In this document: one piece after another, positions 9,142-19,100 of the stretch
Layout: each line of letters starts with the position of its first letter
How positions within the stretch are numbered: position 1 is the first letter of the stretch
Assembly (NCBI GenBank): GCA_965199825.1
Contig: OZ241329.1
Location: 2,368,001-2,432,000 of the forward strand
DNA: 64,000 nucleotides
From: Bdellovibrionales bacterium
Lineage (GTDB): Bacteria; Bdellovibrionota; Bdellovibrionia; Bdellovibrionales; UBA1609
Direction: 5' to 3'
The notes under the pieces: model-generated
The model's input: the letters and a program-made list of their open reading frames with translations, nothing else
What the model was told of the DNA's origin: nothing
The model's database searches: none
Program-made: the position numbers and the translations under genes

Positions 9142-9534
9142 TTAGTTAAGGTCCCATACCTGAAAGCCGCGATTTAGGGCTTCGGGCAGGTCTTGTTTTA
9201 AAATTAAATAGCGGTTGGCGATTCCGGTTGAAAAATTACATGTGCTGGATCTTGGGAACTCGTCCGATTTTTTTTCGCTAGCAAAAACCCGAATGCCGTT
9301 AAGCTCTTTTTGCATCGTTAAGACTGTGACGCCATCATAGGTGCCGCAAAAAACTGAACCGTCATATTTGTAGATCCAAACTTTGTCTTGATCTAAATCT
9401 TGGGGTTTATCTTGAAAGGCTTCTTCTGGCGAAATCACACGCTCATTAGAGAAATCCTGATTTTGTCTCCGGCACTCATTACTTCCGCAGGAAATAAAAA
9501 AACATAAAAATGGAATTACAATTTTTCGTGCCAT
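9142..9534 (-). CDS. Hypothetical lipoprotein
   Basis: Lipobox-like FISC; overlaps end of bamB-like gene. Confidence 0.6.
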   Translation of the reverse strand: MARKIVIPFLCFFISCGSNECRRQNQDFSNERVISPEEAFQDKPQDLDQDKVWIYKYDGSVFCGTYDGVTVLTMQKELNGIRVFASEKKSDEFPRSSTCNFSTGIANRYLILKQDLPEALNRGFQVWDLN

Positions 9535-10670
9535 GAGAATTCTCGCCGTGTTGGAACTTTTGCCAATCGAAGCGCAAACAAGTTGGCTTCTGACGACATA
9601 AAATACACTTCATTTCGAGATTCATCCACAGCAAGCGACGAATTGACACCGCGACCTGGCGCAAAGTCAGTAACAAGATCCCCGTTGGCTAGATTAAGGG
9701 CTTTAAGATCTCCACTAAACTCACCAACCAAAAGCATATTTTTAAATAGCACCGGCCGAGTCGCAATATGTGCGGTGGGCTTACTCCACACCACAACTCC
9801 GGTGAGTTTTTCCACCGCCAAAACTTTTGAAGCTGATGTGGTGTAGTACAATCGCTTTCCTTCAATCACCGGAGTAGTAAAACCTCCATCATCGTGGCTC
9901 CAAATCACATGCCCGTTATGAGCGTCTAAAGAATAAAGCCCGCCATCATAGCTCGTCACATATAAATGATCGTCATCGATCACCACGCCGGCATCGACAT
10001 CGCGAAATCTCTTATTAATATTAATTGCGGTTTCCCACTCCAGCTGACCGTTTGAGCGATTGAGTGCGACCACATAACCATCACTAAACCCGAGGTAAAC
10101 AAATTTATCGGTCACGGTAGGCTTAGAGCCTCCACGAATCGAAAGTGCTGAGGTGTCTCTGCGGTTGTAGAGCCAAATTTGCTGACCCGATTCGGCATCC
10201 AGTGCAAAGGCCACATTGTTGCCCGCCAAAAAATAGATCACACCCTCATGGTACGTGGGCTCACTTAATCCCTCCGAATGAATTTCAAATTTCCATTTGA
10301 GTGATCCATCATCAGCATCAAGAGCATAAAAATAACCATCGTTTGCACCAAAATAAATCACACGATGAGCAAGCTGGGCCCCGCCTTCAACCCCGCCCTT
10401 TAAAGCTCGGCTCCAAATGACGTCGCCATTCACACGGGAAAGGCATTGAATGCCGTCGATCCCATTTCCTTGATACACGTATTTTTCGGTTAAGAGCGGA
10501 GTCATCCGGTGCAGACGACGCGAACCCACAAAAGGTTTAATAAGAGTACTTCGGACCCAGCGCTTTTCGAACAGGGGCTTTTCGCGCTCGGCTGAAGTTT
10601 GAAGAAGTGCACATCCGTTAAGAATGCTCAGACACAAAACATAAAATAGAGGTATTTTCACCCTCTTCAA
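9516..10670 (-). CDS. bamB: PQQ-like beta-propeller lipoprotein, BamB-like
   Basis: Lipobox LNGC; repeated ALD..G...W blades; downstream of YfgM-like gene as in yfgM-bamB. Confidence 0.75.
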   Translation of the reverse strand: MKRVKIPLFYVLCLSILNGCALLQTSAEREKPLFEKRWVRSTLIKPFVGSRRLHRMTPLLTEKYVYQGNGIDGIQCLSRVNGDVIWSRALKGGVEGGAQLAHRVIYFGANDGYFYALDADDGSLKWKFEIHSEGLSEPTYHEGVIYFLAGNNVAFALDAESGQQIWLYNRRDTSALSIRGGSKPTVTDKFVYLGFSDGYVVALNRSNGQLEWETAININKRFRDVDAGVVIDDDHLYVTSYDGGLYSLDAHNGHVIWSHDDGGFTTPVIEGKRLYYTTSASKVLAVEKLTGVVVWSKPTAHIATRPVLFKNMLLVGEFSGDLKALNLANGDLVTDFAPGRGVNSSLAVDESRNEVYFMSSEANLFALRLAKVPTRREFSWHEKL

Positions 10671-11341
10671 GTGCCCTGAAGTTGGATCAAACGCAAATAA
10701 TTTTTGGCTTGGGCTGCAGCTTCGCTCTCGGCAAACTCAGTTGCAATCCGTGAGTAATAGGATTTGGCTTGATCCATCTGCCCCTGTTTTTGGGCACAAA
10801 GTCCCATGCGCAAAAGAATCTCACTCATCATAAACTGGGCTTCAGAAGTTGAAAGCAAACTTTGATAATGGGCTAGGGCTGCCGCAAAATTATTTTGGGC
10901 CGCGAGTAAATTTGCAATCTGCATCTGAGCCAAAATTACAAGAAGATCGCCAGATCGTTTTTTTTCCACCGCTTGCTCGAGAACATTTTGGGCTTCTGCC
11001 AATTTGTTTTCGCTCATCAGATAATCGGCCAAGCTCATCGCCGTACCCAACGCCGCTTTGGTCGTCTTATTTTTTATGATAACCGCTTTTAAATCCTCAA
11101 CCACAGGTTTGATTTCTTTATCGAAATCGGGCTTTTTATCATGCTGATCGCGCAGCTTATTCAGGCGATCTTCCACCGCAAATATCGCCTCGCGCGCTTT
11201 GATTTCCTGAGAATTGTCATACCAGTTGTAGGTAAAGTATCCGATACCTCCCACAAAACCGGCAATTAAAACTCCGGCGATCCACAGTTGATATTTTAAA
11301 ATTTCGGCGACAAAGCGTGAGGCAAAATCATTTTCTTCCAT
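10667..11341 (-). CDS. YfgM-like membrane-anchored TPR protein
   Basis: N-terminal TM helix then TPR repeats; synteny with bamB. Confidence 0.7.
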   Translation of the reverse strand: MEENDFASRFVAEILKYQLWIAGVLIAGFVGGIGYFTYNWYDNSQEIKAREAIFAVEDRLNKLRDQHDKKPDFDKEIKPVVEDLKAVIIKNKTTKAALGTAMSLADYLMSENKLAEAQNVLEQAVEKKRSGDLLVILAQMQIANLLAAQNNFAAALAHYQSLLSTSEAQFMMSEILLRMGLCAQKQGQMDQAKSYYSRIATEFAESEAAAQAKNYLRLIQLQGT

Positions 11342-11372
11342 TAAAAAACCTTAAAAGTGGTGGTTCACAAAG

Positions 11373-12491
11373 TCAACGTGAGCGATTGCGCATTTCTTTA
11401 AGAGTAGAAAAGGGTCGAGATGTTCGGCCTTGATAATGTTGGCGAAGAGATCCAATTTTGCTCAATCTTTTCTCTGCCAAGCGGTCGGCAGCGAGCTGGG
11501 TGCTAATGTTATCTTGTTTAGATATTCTAAATACATTTAAAAGATTATCAAAAACTTGGGCCGTTTTCTCGAATGCTCTGTCGGCCGAGTAACCTTCAAG
11601 TTCAACAAACACATTCATCAATCCACCCGCATTAATCACATAATCAGGCGCATAGAGAATTCCGATCTCACGCAGGTGATCGGCATGTCGAAATTCGGCG
11701 AGCTGATTATTGGCTCCACCCGCAACAACTTTACATTTCAATTGGGGCAAAGTTTTATCATTAATCACCGAGCCCATTGCACAGGGAGCAAAAATATCGC
11801 ATTCGGTTTTGATGATCGATTCGTGATCGGTCACTTGAACATTATATTTTTGCGAGATGTACGAGGCCTTTTCAGAATCAATATCGGCAACAATCAATTC
11901 CGCCCCTGCTTTGTGCAGATCATCCACTAAGTGCGAACCCACACTCCCCAATCCTTGCACCGCAATTCGCAAACCATGAAGATCGCTTGCGCCCAGTTTT
12001 TCAAGAGCTGCGGCCTTGATGCCCATCATCACTCCCCTAGCGGTATACGGTGAAGGATCACCTGATCCGCCAAAATTAGATGGAATTCCTGTGACAAAGG
12101 GGGTTTCCATAAAAATATATTCCATGTCACGCACTGTGGTGCCCACATCTTCGGCGGTGATATATTTGCCGCCCAAAGAATTAATAAAGGCACCAAACCC
12201 GCGAAAGAGGGCTTCCGATTTGTGTTTTTTTGGATCGCCCAAGATCACCGCTTTACCGCCACCAAGGTTGAGCCCTGCGGTTGCCGCTTTGTAGGTCATC
12301 CCTTTTGAAAGTCTTAAGACATCAACCAGTGCGTCTTGCTCATTGGCATAAGGCCACATCCGAAGTCCACCGAGTGCCGGTCCAAGTGTGGTGTTGTGGA
12401 TTGCGATGATCGCTTTAAGACCAATGTCTTTATTGTGACAATAAATAACTTCTTCGTGTCCGCCATGATTTTCGATCAATTCAAATGTCAT
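11373..12491 (-). CDS. ldh: Leucine (Glu/Leu/Phe/Val) dehydrogenase
   Basis: LGPALGGLRM, GGGKAVI, TAEDVGT, QGLGSVG, GGANNQL, APDYVINAGG. Confidence 0.93.
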   Translation of the reverse strand: MTFELIENHGGHEEVIYCHNKDIGLKAIIAIHNTTLGPALGGLRMWPYANEQDALVDVLRLSKGMTYKAATAGLNLGGGKAVILGDPKKHKSEALFRGFGAFINSLGGKYITAEDVGTTVRDMEYIFMETPFVTGIPSNFGGSGDPSPYTARGVMMGIKAAALEKLGASDLHGLRIAVQGLGSVGSHLVDDLHKAGAELIVADIDSEKASYISQKYNVQVTDHESIIKTECDIFAPCAMGSVINDKTLPQLKCKVVAGGANNQLAEFRHADHLREIGILYAPDYVINAGGLMNVFVELEGYSADRAFEKTAQVFDNLLNVFRISKQDNISTQLAADRLAEKRLSKIGSLRQHYQGRTSRPFSTLKEMRNRSR

Positions 12492-12537
12492 AGTTTTTCT
12501 CCAAAAGGCCAACGTAGACCAGGTGAGGTTCGCGACT

Positions 12538-13026
12538 TCAAGATTTAAATTTTAATGCGAAACACAAAATCAACAAAACGGTGTAAAGCGCAAATGCTAT
12601 TTTCCCGCGCTGGACCGATTTCTTGAGATGCTTCAATTCAGTTTCGAATTGATCACGCTGGATTTTGAAGTCTTCATTTAAATGAGTTTTTACCGGATTG
12701 GCCACGCTCATATTGTGATGTGGGTCAAAGACCGGGTACTTGTCGATCACGATCAAATACCACTGAAGCGCCTTATATATATGGGGTGGAATTTTAGACT
12801 CATCCTTCATCCAGCGCGTCCATGCCGAGGGATCAATCAACAAAATCTGACACATTTTTCTGCGACTGATTGAGAGTCGTTCGCGAACCGAATCCAGTGT
12901 GCCCATTTCCTTTCGTAAGACCCGAGCTTCAGCTTCATATTTTAATCTCAGCGAAGTTTTGAGCCGATTTTGGTTTGAATCTGCTTGTGAAGACTCGTCT
13001 TTGGTCGGAATGAAATCCATTTCCAT
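12538..13026 (-). CDS. Hypothetical protein: XRE/Cro-like HTH, coiled coil, C-terminal TM anchor
   Basis: LDSVRERLSISRRKMCQILLIDPSAWTRW fits an HTH; C-terminal hydrophobic IAFALYTVLLILCFAL; GAGGA SD. Confidence 0.65.
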   Translation of the reverse strand: MEMDFIPTKDESSQADSNQNRLKTSLRLKYEAEARVLRKEMGTLDSVRERLSISRRKMCQILLIDPSAWTRWMKDESKIPPHIYKALQWYLIVIDKYPVFDPHHNMSVANPVKTHLNEDFKIQRDQFETELKHLKKSVQRGKIAFALYTVLLILCFALKFKS

Positions 13027-13037
13027 TCGTTATCCTC

Positions 13038-13086
13038 GTTGTGAAACACAATGTTGATGTTGTGATTCACTTTAAATCAAGTTGTG
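13038..13086. repeat. Three phased GTTGTG direct repeats
   Basis: GTTGTG at 13038, 13059, 13081 (spacing 21 and 22 bp); first overlaps palindrome TTGTG-AAA-CACAA. Confidence 0.5.
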
Positions 13087-13181
13087 TAATACCATTGTTC
13101 ACATATTCGATTTTAAATTACAAATTTTTATATTTTTATGAAGTTTGACCCCTATGTGGACCTTGCCTAGTTTCGAAATCG

Positions 13182-13209
13182 AGTGTAACTTATATACATA
13201 AGTTACATA
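13182..13209. repeat. Palindromic site (recombination core or operator)
   Basis: AGTGTAACTTA-TATACA-TAAGTTACATA; perfect 10-bp IR TGTAACTTAT/ATAAGTTACA at 13184-13207. Confidence 0.75.
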
Positions 13210-13347
13210 GCTAAGTATCTGAAATCACATAGGTTTAGGAAGGGTGCTTGTGATCTTTTAATATTGGTTACAGCTCTTGGGGGTCCAAACGCGATGTATA
13301 ACAACAAATTCTATTTAGTTAAAAATCACTCGTGAGGTTGATGCAAC

Positions 13348-13875
13348 ATGGCTAGAATTCAGCGCTACGCTTTAAATAAAAATAAGTATCTGCTCGAAAC
13401 CGAGCGCGAACGGCTCGAATATCTTCTCAAATCTCGGCTCATTTCTGATGCACGAAACTGCTCGCTTTTGCTCACGGGTCTTCATACAGGTGCCCGCGCA
13501 CTCGAAATTTTAAATCTGAAATGGGACGACTTAAATCTCAATGACGAAACTGTTTTTATCCGCGGAATTAAAAATTCCAATGATCGAGAAATTCCTTTAC
13601 CCCGTTGGTTTTTTCGCGATTTACAAAAGATAGAACGTCACAATGAAATGATCTTTCCGATCTCTTACAATCGGCTGCGACAGATCTGGCATCTTTATCG
13701 GCCGGTTCATAAAAAGTTTCATTGCCTCCGCCACACCTTTGCCATTCGCCTTTATCAAAAAACAAAAGACATTCGACTTGTTCAAGTGGCGCTGGGTCAC
13801 CGCAGTATTACCAACACCATGATCTATGCGGACTATATTTATTCGCGCGAGGAATTAAGAAAACTAATTCTTTAA
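13348..13875 (+). CDS. Short tyrosine recombinase (catalytic domain only, FimB/FimE-like size)
   Basis: 175 aa with R (TGAR), K (GIK), HCLR, LGH and Y (TMIY) catalytic residues; no N-terminal core-binding domain; GAGG SD. Confidence 0.9.
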   Translation: MARIQRYALNKNKYLLETERERLEYLLKSRLISDARNCSLLLTGLHTGARALEILNLKWDDLNLNDETVFIRGIKNSNDREIPLPRWFFRDLQKIERHNEMIFPISYNRLRQIWHLYRPVHKKFHCLRHTFAIRLYQKTKDIRLVQVALGHRSITNTMIYADYIYSREELRKLIL

Positions 13876-13926
13876 AAACTTTTTCATCATGCTAGACTTT
13901 TTTTGGATCAACGAGGGGGACTACAT

Positions 13927-14613
13927 TTGTTGCGCATTTTTTTAAAGCTGAGCATCTTGGGTTTTATCTTTAGCTCTTCGGCCTTTTCGGCCACACCTCA
14001 GATATTTTATGATTTACCAAAAGTGGCTGCGGTCCAAAACCGATCTTACTATCTCAATCACGAGTTTGCTCTGCAGCTTGGAACTCTTCCATCAGATGCC
14101 TTTAATAAGGGATATTTGCTAGGCGGAGTTTATACCTATTATTTTAGTGAATATCTCGGCTGGGAAGTGGCAAACGCCAATTATTCGGTCAATGCCGAAA
14201 CCAGCCTGAAGCGAGATCTGGTGGATAACTTTGGAGCTCAAGTTCAGAGCCAAGGATTTGGTGGAGTTCTTGATTACATCACTTACTTTGTAACAACAAA
14301 TTTAGTTTATACTCCTTTTTATACCAAGAGCTTGCTGTTTAATCGCAGTGTGATCCATGGGGAGCTTAGCTTTATTGCGGGTGCCGGTGCGGCCAATTTT
14401 AAAAATACCGGAATTAAACCCTTGGTCTCGCTGGGTGTAGGACTAAGATTTTTTACCTCCCCTTCGCACTCGATCAAACTTGATTTAAGAAACAATGTTT
14501 ACTTTGAAAGCTCGCTCGGTGCGGTCAATGCACTTTCAATCACCGCGGGCTATGCGTGGCAGTTAGGAAAACCACCTTTAAAACCACTCCAGATTGAAGG
14601 TGAAAATGAGTAG
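13927..14613 (+). CDS. Outer-membrane beta-barrel protein, GltA/B/H-like
   Basis: Signal peptide, AVQNR motif, alternating beta-strand pattern; first gene of Glt-like cluster; SD GAGGGGG at 13913 favours TTG 13927/13930 over 13903. Confidence 0.7.
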   Translation: MLRIFLKLSILGFIFSSSAFSATPQIFYDLPKVAAVQNRSYYLNHEFALQLGTLPSDAFNKGYLLGGVYTYYFSEYLGWEVANANYSVNAETSLKRDLVDNFGAQVQSQGFGGVLDYITYFVTTNLVYTPFYTKSLLFNRSVIHGELSFIAGAGAANFKNTGIKPLVSLGVGLRFFTSPSHSIKLDLRNNVYFESSLGAVNALSITAGYAWQLGKPPLKPLQIEGENE

Positions 14614-16108
14614 CCTCTTTTTTTTATTTATGAGCCTTTTGAGTGCTGAGCCACAAAGTGGAAAAACCACCGATATTGCCTTTATTCGTGATCGACCAAA
14701 ACCCTTTACTTATCGTCCGGTTAATAACCGCTATTGGGAGCGCGTTCAAACTCACCTCAAAGAAAACAATCCTCTTTTTATTTTGCAAGAAGCGCACGAG
14801 CAACAAAAGACCTATGGATTTACCTCGACTGAGAGCCAAGAATCTCATTTGGCTGAAGCGATTGGTCTTAAAAAACTCTCTTTTTCTTATGCCTCATTTG
14901 TTATTCTCCTCAATCTCGCCCAAACAAAAATGGGAACCAATATTGGCGAGGCCGCACTTTTTGAACTTGAAGATTTAGCCCTTCATTATTCAATAGATGA
15001 ATCTCAACTCGAGTCTTTTTTAAATCAGAATGAATTTGCCGACGCCCATCACGATATTGTGAGTTTTATTAACTATTATAAAGGACTTCATAATCTTCGT
15101 TACGGTTATAAAAAATGGGCCGAACCAAGTCTGTCAGGAATTAATCCAGCATCGCCGTGGTCACTTCAACTCAACTACTGGACCGCCATGGGTGAGGTGG
15201 CCCGCGGCCGTATGGACAAAGCCTTTGAGATGCTTAGAACTTTAAATACCTCAGCCAATATTCCACAAAATCTGCAGAATATGGTTAAGCTTCAACTTGC
15301 ACGAATCTATTTTGAAAAAGGACTTTTCCAAGAAGCCGAAAGTTTTTATCAAGATGTTGGCGATATGGGCTTGCGTGAGCATGGCCGAATCCTTTTAGAA
15401 CGAGCATGGACGGCATATTATCTCAAAAATTTTTCGCAAGCCCTAGGGTGGCTCACCGCTTTAAAAAGTTCGACCTTTGATTCTTCCTTAACTCCTGAGC
15501 GCTACATTCTCGAAATGGTGATCTTAAGAGATCTGTGTCACTTTCCTGGAGTCGAAATTGTGGCTAAAGCTTTTGAAAAAAAATTTCGTCATACCTTAAG
15601 TGTGATTCGTAAGCGTGGAAGTCTGCGCGAAGAGCGAACATTATTTTCGATGGCCACATTGAACCGGGACCTCCAACCTCAAGCCAATCTGGTCGATCAA
15701 CTTCGTAAAGAGCGTGATCGATTTCAGCGCGCCGGAATGCAAAAGTTTTTGTTCTTTGATGACGCTTTAGATGAATACAAAAAGCGCGATAAAATTTTAA
15801 CCGCCAATCTTGAGCCACGACTCGAAAATTTCGCACGCAAATCGGCAGAGTCGGTTTTGGATTCCGAAGAGCAAATTCAATTTTTGCAGTATCAAAGTAA
15901 ACTTGATGCTTTGAGAATTATTAAAGCGGATGAAGACCGGGCTTATCGTGCCGAAAAAGTGAGCCATGTGGCATTTCAAAAACTCTACTGGCCGGTCGAA
16001 AAAGAATTTTGGCTTGAAGAGCAAAATGATTATCGCGTTTTGATATCGAGCCGCTGCGGTACTAATGCAACTCCTGAAGATCTTAAACTCGAAAGAAAGT
16101 TTCGCTAA
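14606..16108 (+). CDS. GltC-like TPR protein
   Basis: TPR segments (LARIYFEKG, LERAWTAY), LRDLCHF, C-terminal LYWPVEKEFWLEE..DYRV...SRC resembling GltC. Confidence 0.65.
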   Translation: MSSLFFLFMSLLSAEPQSGKTTDIAFIRDRPKPFTYRPVNNRYWERVQTHLKENNPLFILQEAHEQQKTYGFTSTESQESHLAEAIGLKKLSFSYASFVILLNLAQTKMGTNIGEAALFELEDLALHYSIDESQLESFLNQNEFADAHHDIVSFINYYKGLHNLRYGYKKWAEPSLSGINPASPWSLQLNYWTAMGEVARGRMDKAFEMLRTLNTSANIPQNLQNMVKLQLARIYFEKGLFQEAESFYQDVGDMGLREHGRILLERAWTAYYLKNFSQALGWLTALKSSTFDSSLTPERYILEMVILRDLCHFPGVEIVAKAFEKKFRHTLSVIRKRGSLREERTLFSMATLNRDLQPQANLVDQLRKERDRFQRAGMQKFLFFDDALDEYKKRDKILTANLEPRLENFARKSAESVLDSEEQIQFLQYQSKLDALRIIKADEDRAYRAEKVSHVAFQKLYWPVEKEFWLEEQNDYRVLISSRCGTNATPEDLKLERKFR

Positions 16109-19100
16109 TGATTGCGATCTTATTGTATATCGGCGTTGCCTTTGGGGGCGTGACCCAACAGATGACTCTTGAGCAGATGCGCCGGGATCTTGCAAGAGTC
16201 GATAAAAGTTCGGAAGAAACAAAGGCAAAAATTAAAACGGTGCGTGATGCCCGTTTTTTGCCAGATCTTTATTTTGCCCTTGCCGAATTTTATGTCGAAA
16301 AGGCGCGGTATATGTATTCGATCAAGGTGGCCGAAAATCCTAAAACACCGCTCGATGAAATGGATTTTACCGGCGAGCGCCGCCCAAAACTTCAGGCAAT
16401 TGAAACTTATGATACATTGATTGATAAATTTCCTAAACTTCCTGAGCGCGATAAAGCCATATTTTATAAAGCTCACGAGCTGCGCGAACTCGGCAGGCTT
16501 GATGACATGGTCAAGGTCTACTCGCAGCTCACAAAAGAATATCCTGAAAGCGAGTATTGGGCCGAATCCCAAGTGATTATCGGTGACTATTTTTTTGATG
16601 AAAAAAAAGATCCTGCTTTTGCTAAAGATATTTACCAAAAGATTTTAAAACTTCCACCAGGTCCGTTTACCACGCTTGCCCATTATAAAATCGGTTGGTG
16701 CGATATCAATAGCACCGACTTTAAAAACGCCTTGCTCGAGTTCGAAAAAGTTTTGAATGAAAATAAAGATGCCGACCTTACAAAGCTGCCAGAAATTTTT
16801 AGAAAAACCGATGTGCGGCGCGATGCTCTGCTTGCCATGGTTTGGCCTTATTCGGAGTTGTCACAAAAAGATCTTAAAACAATGGGCAACGATGAGCGCA
16901 TGAATGCGCTGACCTATTTTTATTCTCTCTCACCTGATCCTGCGAGTTACGAAAAAGTTTTGTCGCGTCTCGGTCGGCGTCTTGCTCTTAAGCTTCGGAT
17001 GATCGAAACCACCCAAGTTTATTTTGAGCTCTTAAGAATCACCCAAGATATTGAAACTCGAATGGATGTGGTCGAGCGACTGTATGTTTCGATGAAGAAT
17101 TCGCAAAAACCCTGGCCGGTTCACGGGCTTGTTCAAGAAATTGCTAAAACTCTGCCCCAGATCAAAGCCTCATCGACTTTAAAAGAAGGGGTAAAGAAAA
17201 AAGCGATCAACGATTGGGAGATCTTTGCTCGTGACGTTGCCACTCGCTCACAAAAAAGAGCTAAGGAAACCCGCGAGCAGCTCGATTGGGATTGGACCAT
17301 TCGAGATTACAACGCCTATTTGTCGGCATTTCCTGAATCAAAATTTGCCTCGACCTTGAAATTGAATTTGGCTGAAAGTTATTTTGCAAATCATCAGCAA
17401 GTCAAAGCGGCTCGCACCTACGAAGAGATTGCGCGTGAGACAAAGGATAAAGAAAAACATAAAGAGTATTTGGACTCTGCAATTCAGTCGTATATCGCAG
17501 CCCTTCGGGATCAATCCCATTTGAGTCGGCTTGAATTGACCGAAGTCCGGTTTGGTTTGCGCGACGTAGGCCAAGACTTTATCAAGCTCAATCCCAACGA
17601 CAAAGCCGCACAAGATATTCAACTCAACATCGCACAGACTTACTATGATGAGCGCGATTTTGATAAAGCGGTTCAAGGATTTAAATTATTTTTAAAAAAT
17701 TACCCCCAAAGCCCCCAAGTCTCGGTGGCGGCAAATCTTATTCTTGATTCCTACAATCAACGCGAAGACTACAAAGGAATTGTGCGCGAAGGTCGTGAGC
17801 TTTTAAAAACTCCGGCGGTTAAAGATCCCGCACTCAAAACCCAAATTTCACAAATCGTTGAGCAAGCCGAAATGCGAGCGGTACAAAAAGCGGCAGGAGA
17901 ATTTGGCTCGGCCAATTACGCTGCGAATTTGATGAATTTAGCTAACAAATACAAAGGCTCATCGCTTGGAGATCAAGCACTTTATGAAGCCTTTGTTGCT
18001 CTGAGAGCCAAGAAAGATCCTAAGTTTTATGAGTCTGGGGAGCAGCTTTTACTTCAGCACTCGACTTCAAAATATGCCCAAGAAGTTGCAACCAGCATGG
18101 GCCAAATGGCGCTGACCACTGCCGATTTTAGACGAGCTGCACTTTATTTTGAGCTTTATTATGATCGCTACTCTTCAAAGCCCGAAGCCAAAGAATTCCT
18201 CACCAATGCGGCAAAAATTCGTGAGCTCTTGGGCGATTTTAAAGTGGCGGGGCGTGACAACGAAAAATTGAATCAAGGCGATGCGGTCGCAAAACAAGAT
18301 TTTTTAGCCCAAGACTGGACCGCACTTTTGAGATCCGCGGCCAAGGCTCAAGGTATTAATGTGCCCTATTATGAGGGGCTTGCACAATATCGTTTACGCG
18401 GTGTCGGACCGGCGAGACCATCGCTGGAGCAAGCGGCCAGCAACCAGTCCAAAGATTTTTCGGATCAAGAAAAAGCGGCCCATGCACTTTATCTTTTATC
18501 GATGGGTGCGATGACCTCATATAAACAAATTCAATTGAAGGCCGGAAACGAAAGTAAAATCGTTCAAGAAAAAGCGGGAGCCTTAAAAGATCTCGAATCG
18601 AATCTTAAAAAGGTGATCGCTTTTGGTAATGGTCGCTGGACTATCGCAGCACTCTATGGACTGGGCCAAGCCAATAAAGAATTTGCCCAGTTTATTCGGA
18701 GCGCTCCACTGCCCCAGGGGCTCAGTGCGGATCAACAAAAGCAGTTTCACCAGGCGCTAGAAAAACAAGCCCAGACCTATGATCAAAACACCAAAACTTA
18801 CTTTAATGATTGCGTGAACAATGCCGAAAAATTTGAGGTTTTTACCCGTTTTGCCCTGGGTTGTCAGAGTGGGGGGCAACTTGTAGTTGATGAGGCCAAG
18901 GAGGTTCAGACCGTGGCTCATGCTCAAGAAAAAGATCCTGCTGGTGTGACCGAAGTGAGAAAACAATTGTTTGATCAACCCCGAAATTTAAATTTGTTGA
19001 TTAAGCTTTCAGATATTTATTTAAAAAACCAAGACTATGCGATGACCGAACTGATTTTAAACCGGGCTCAAGATATTGAACCCGAAAATTCTCAAATTCC

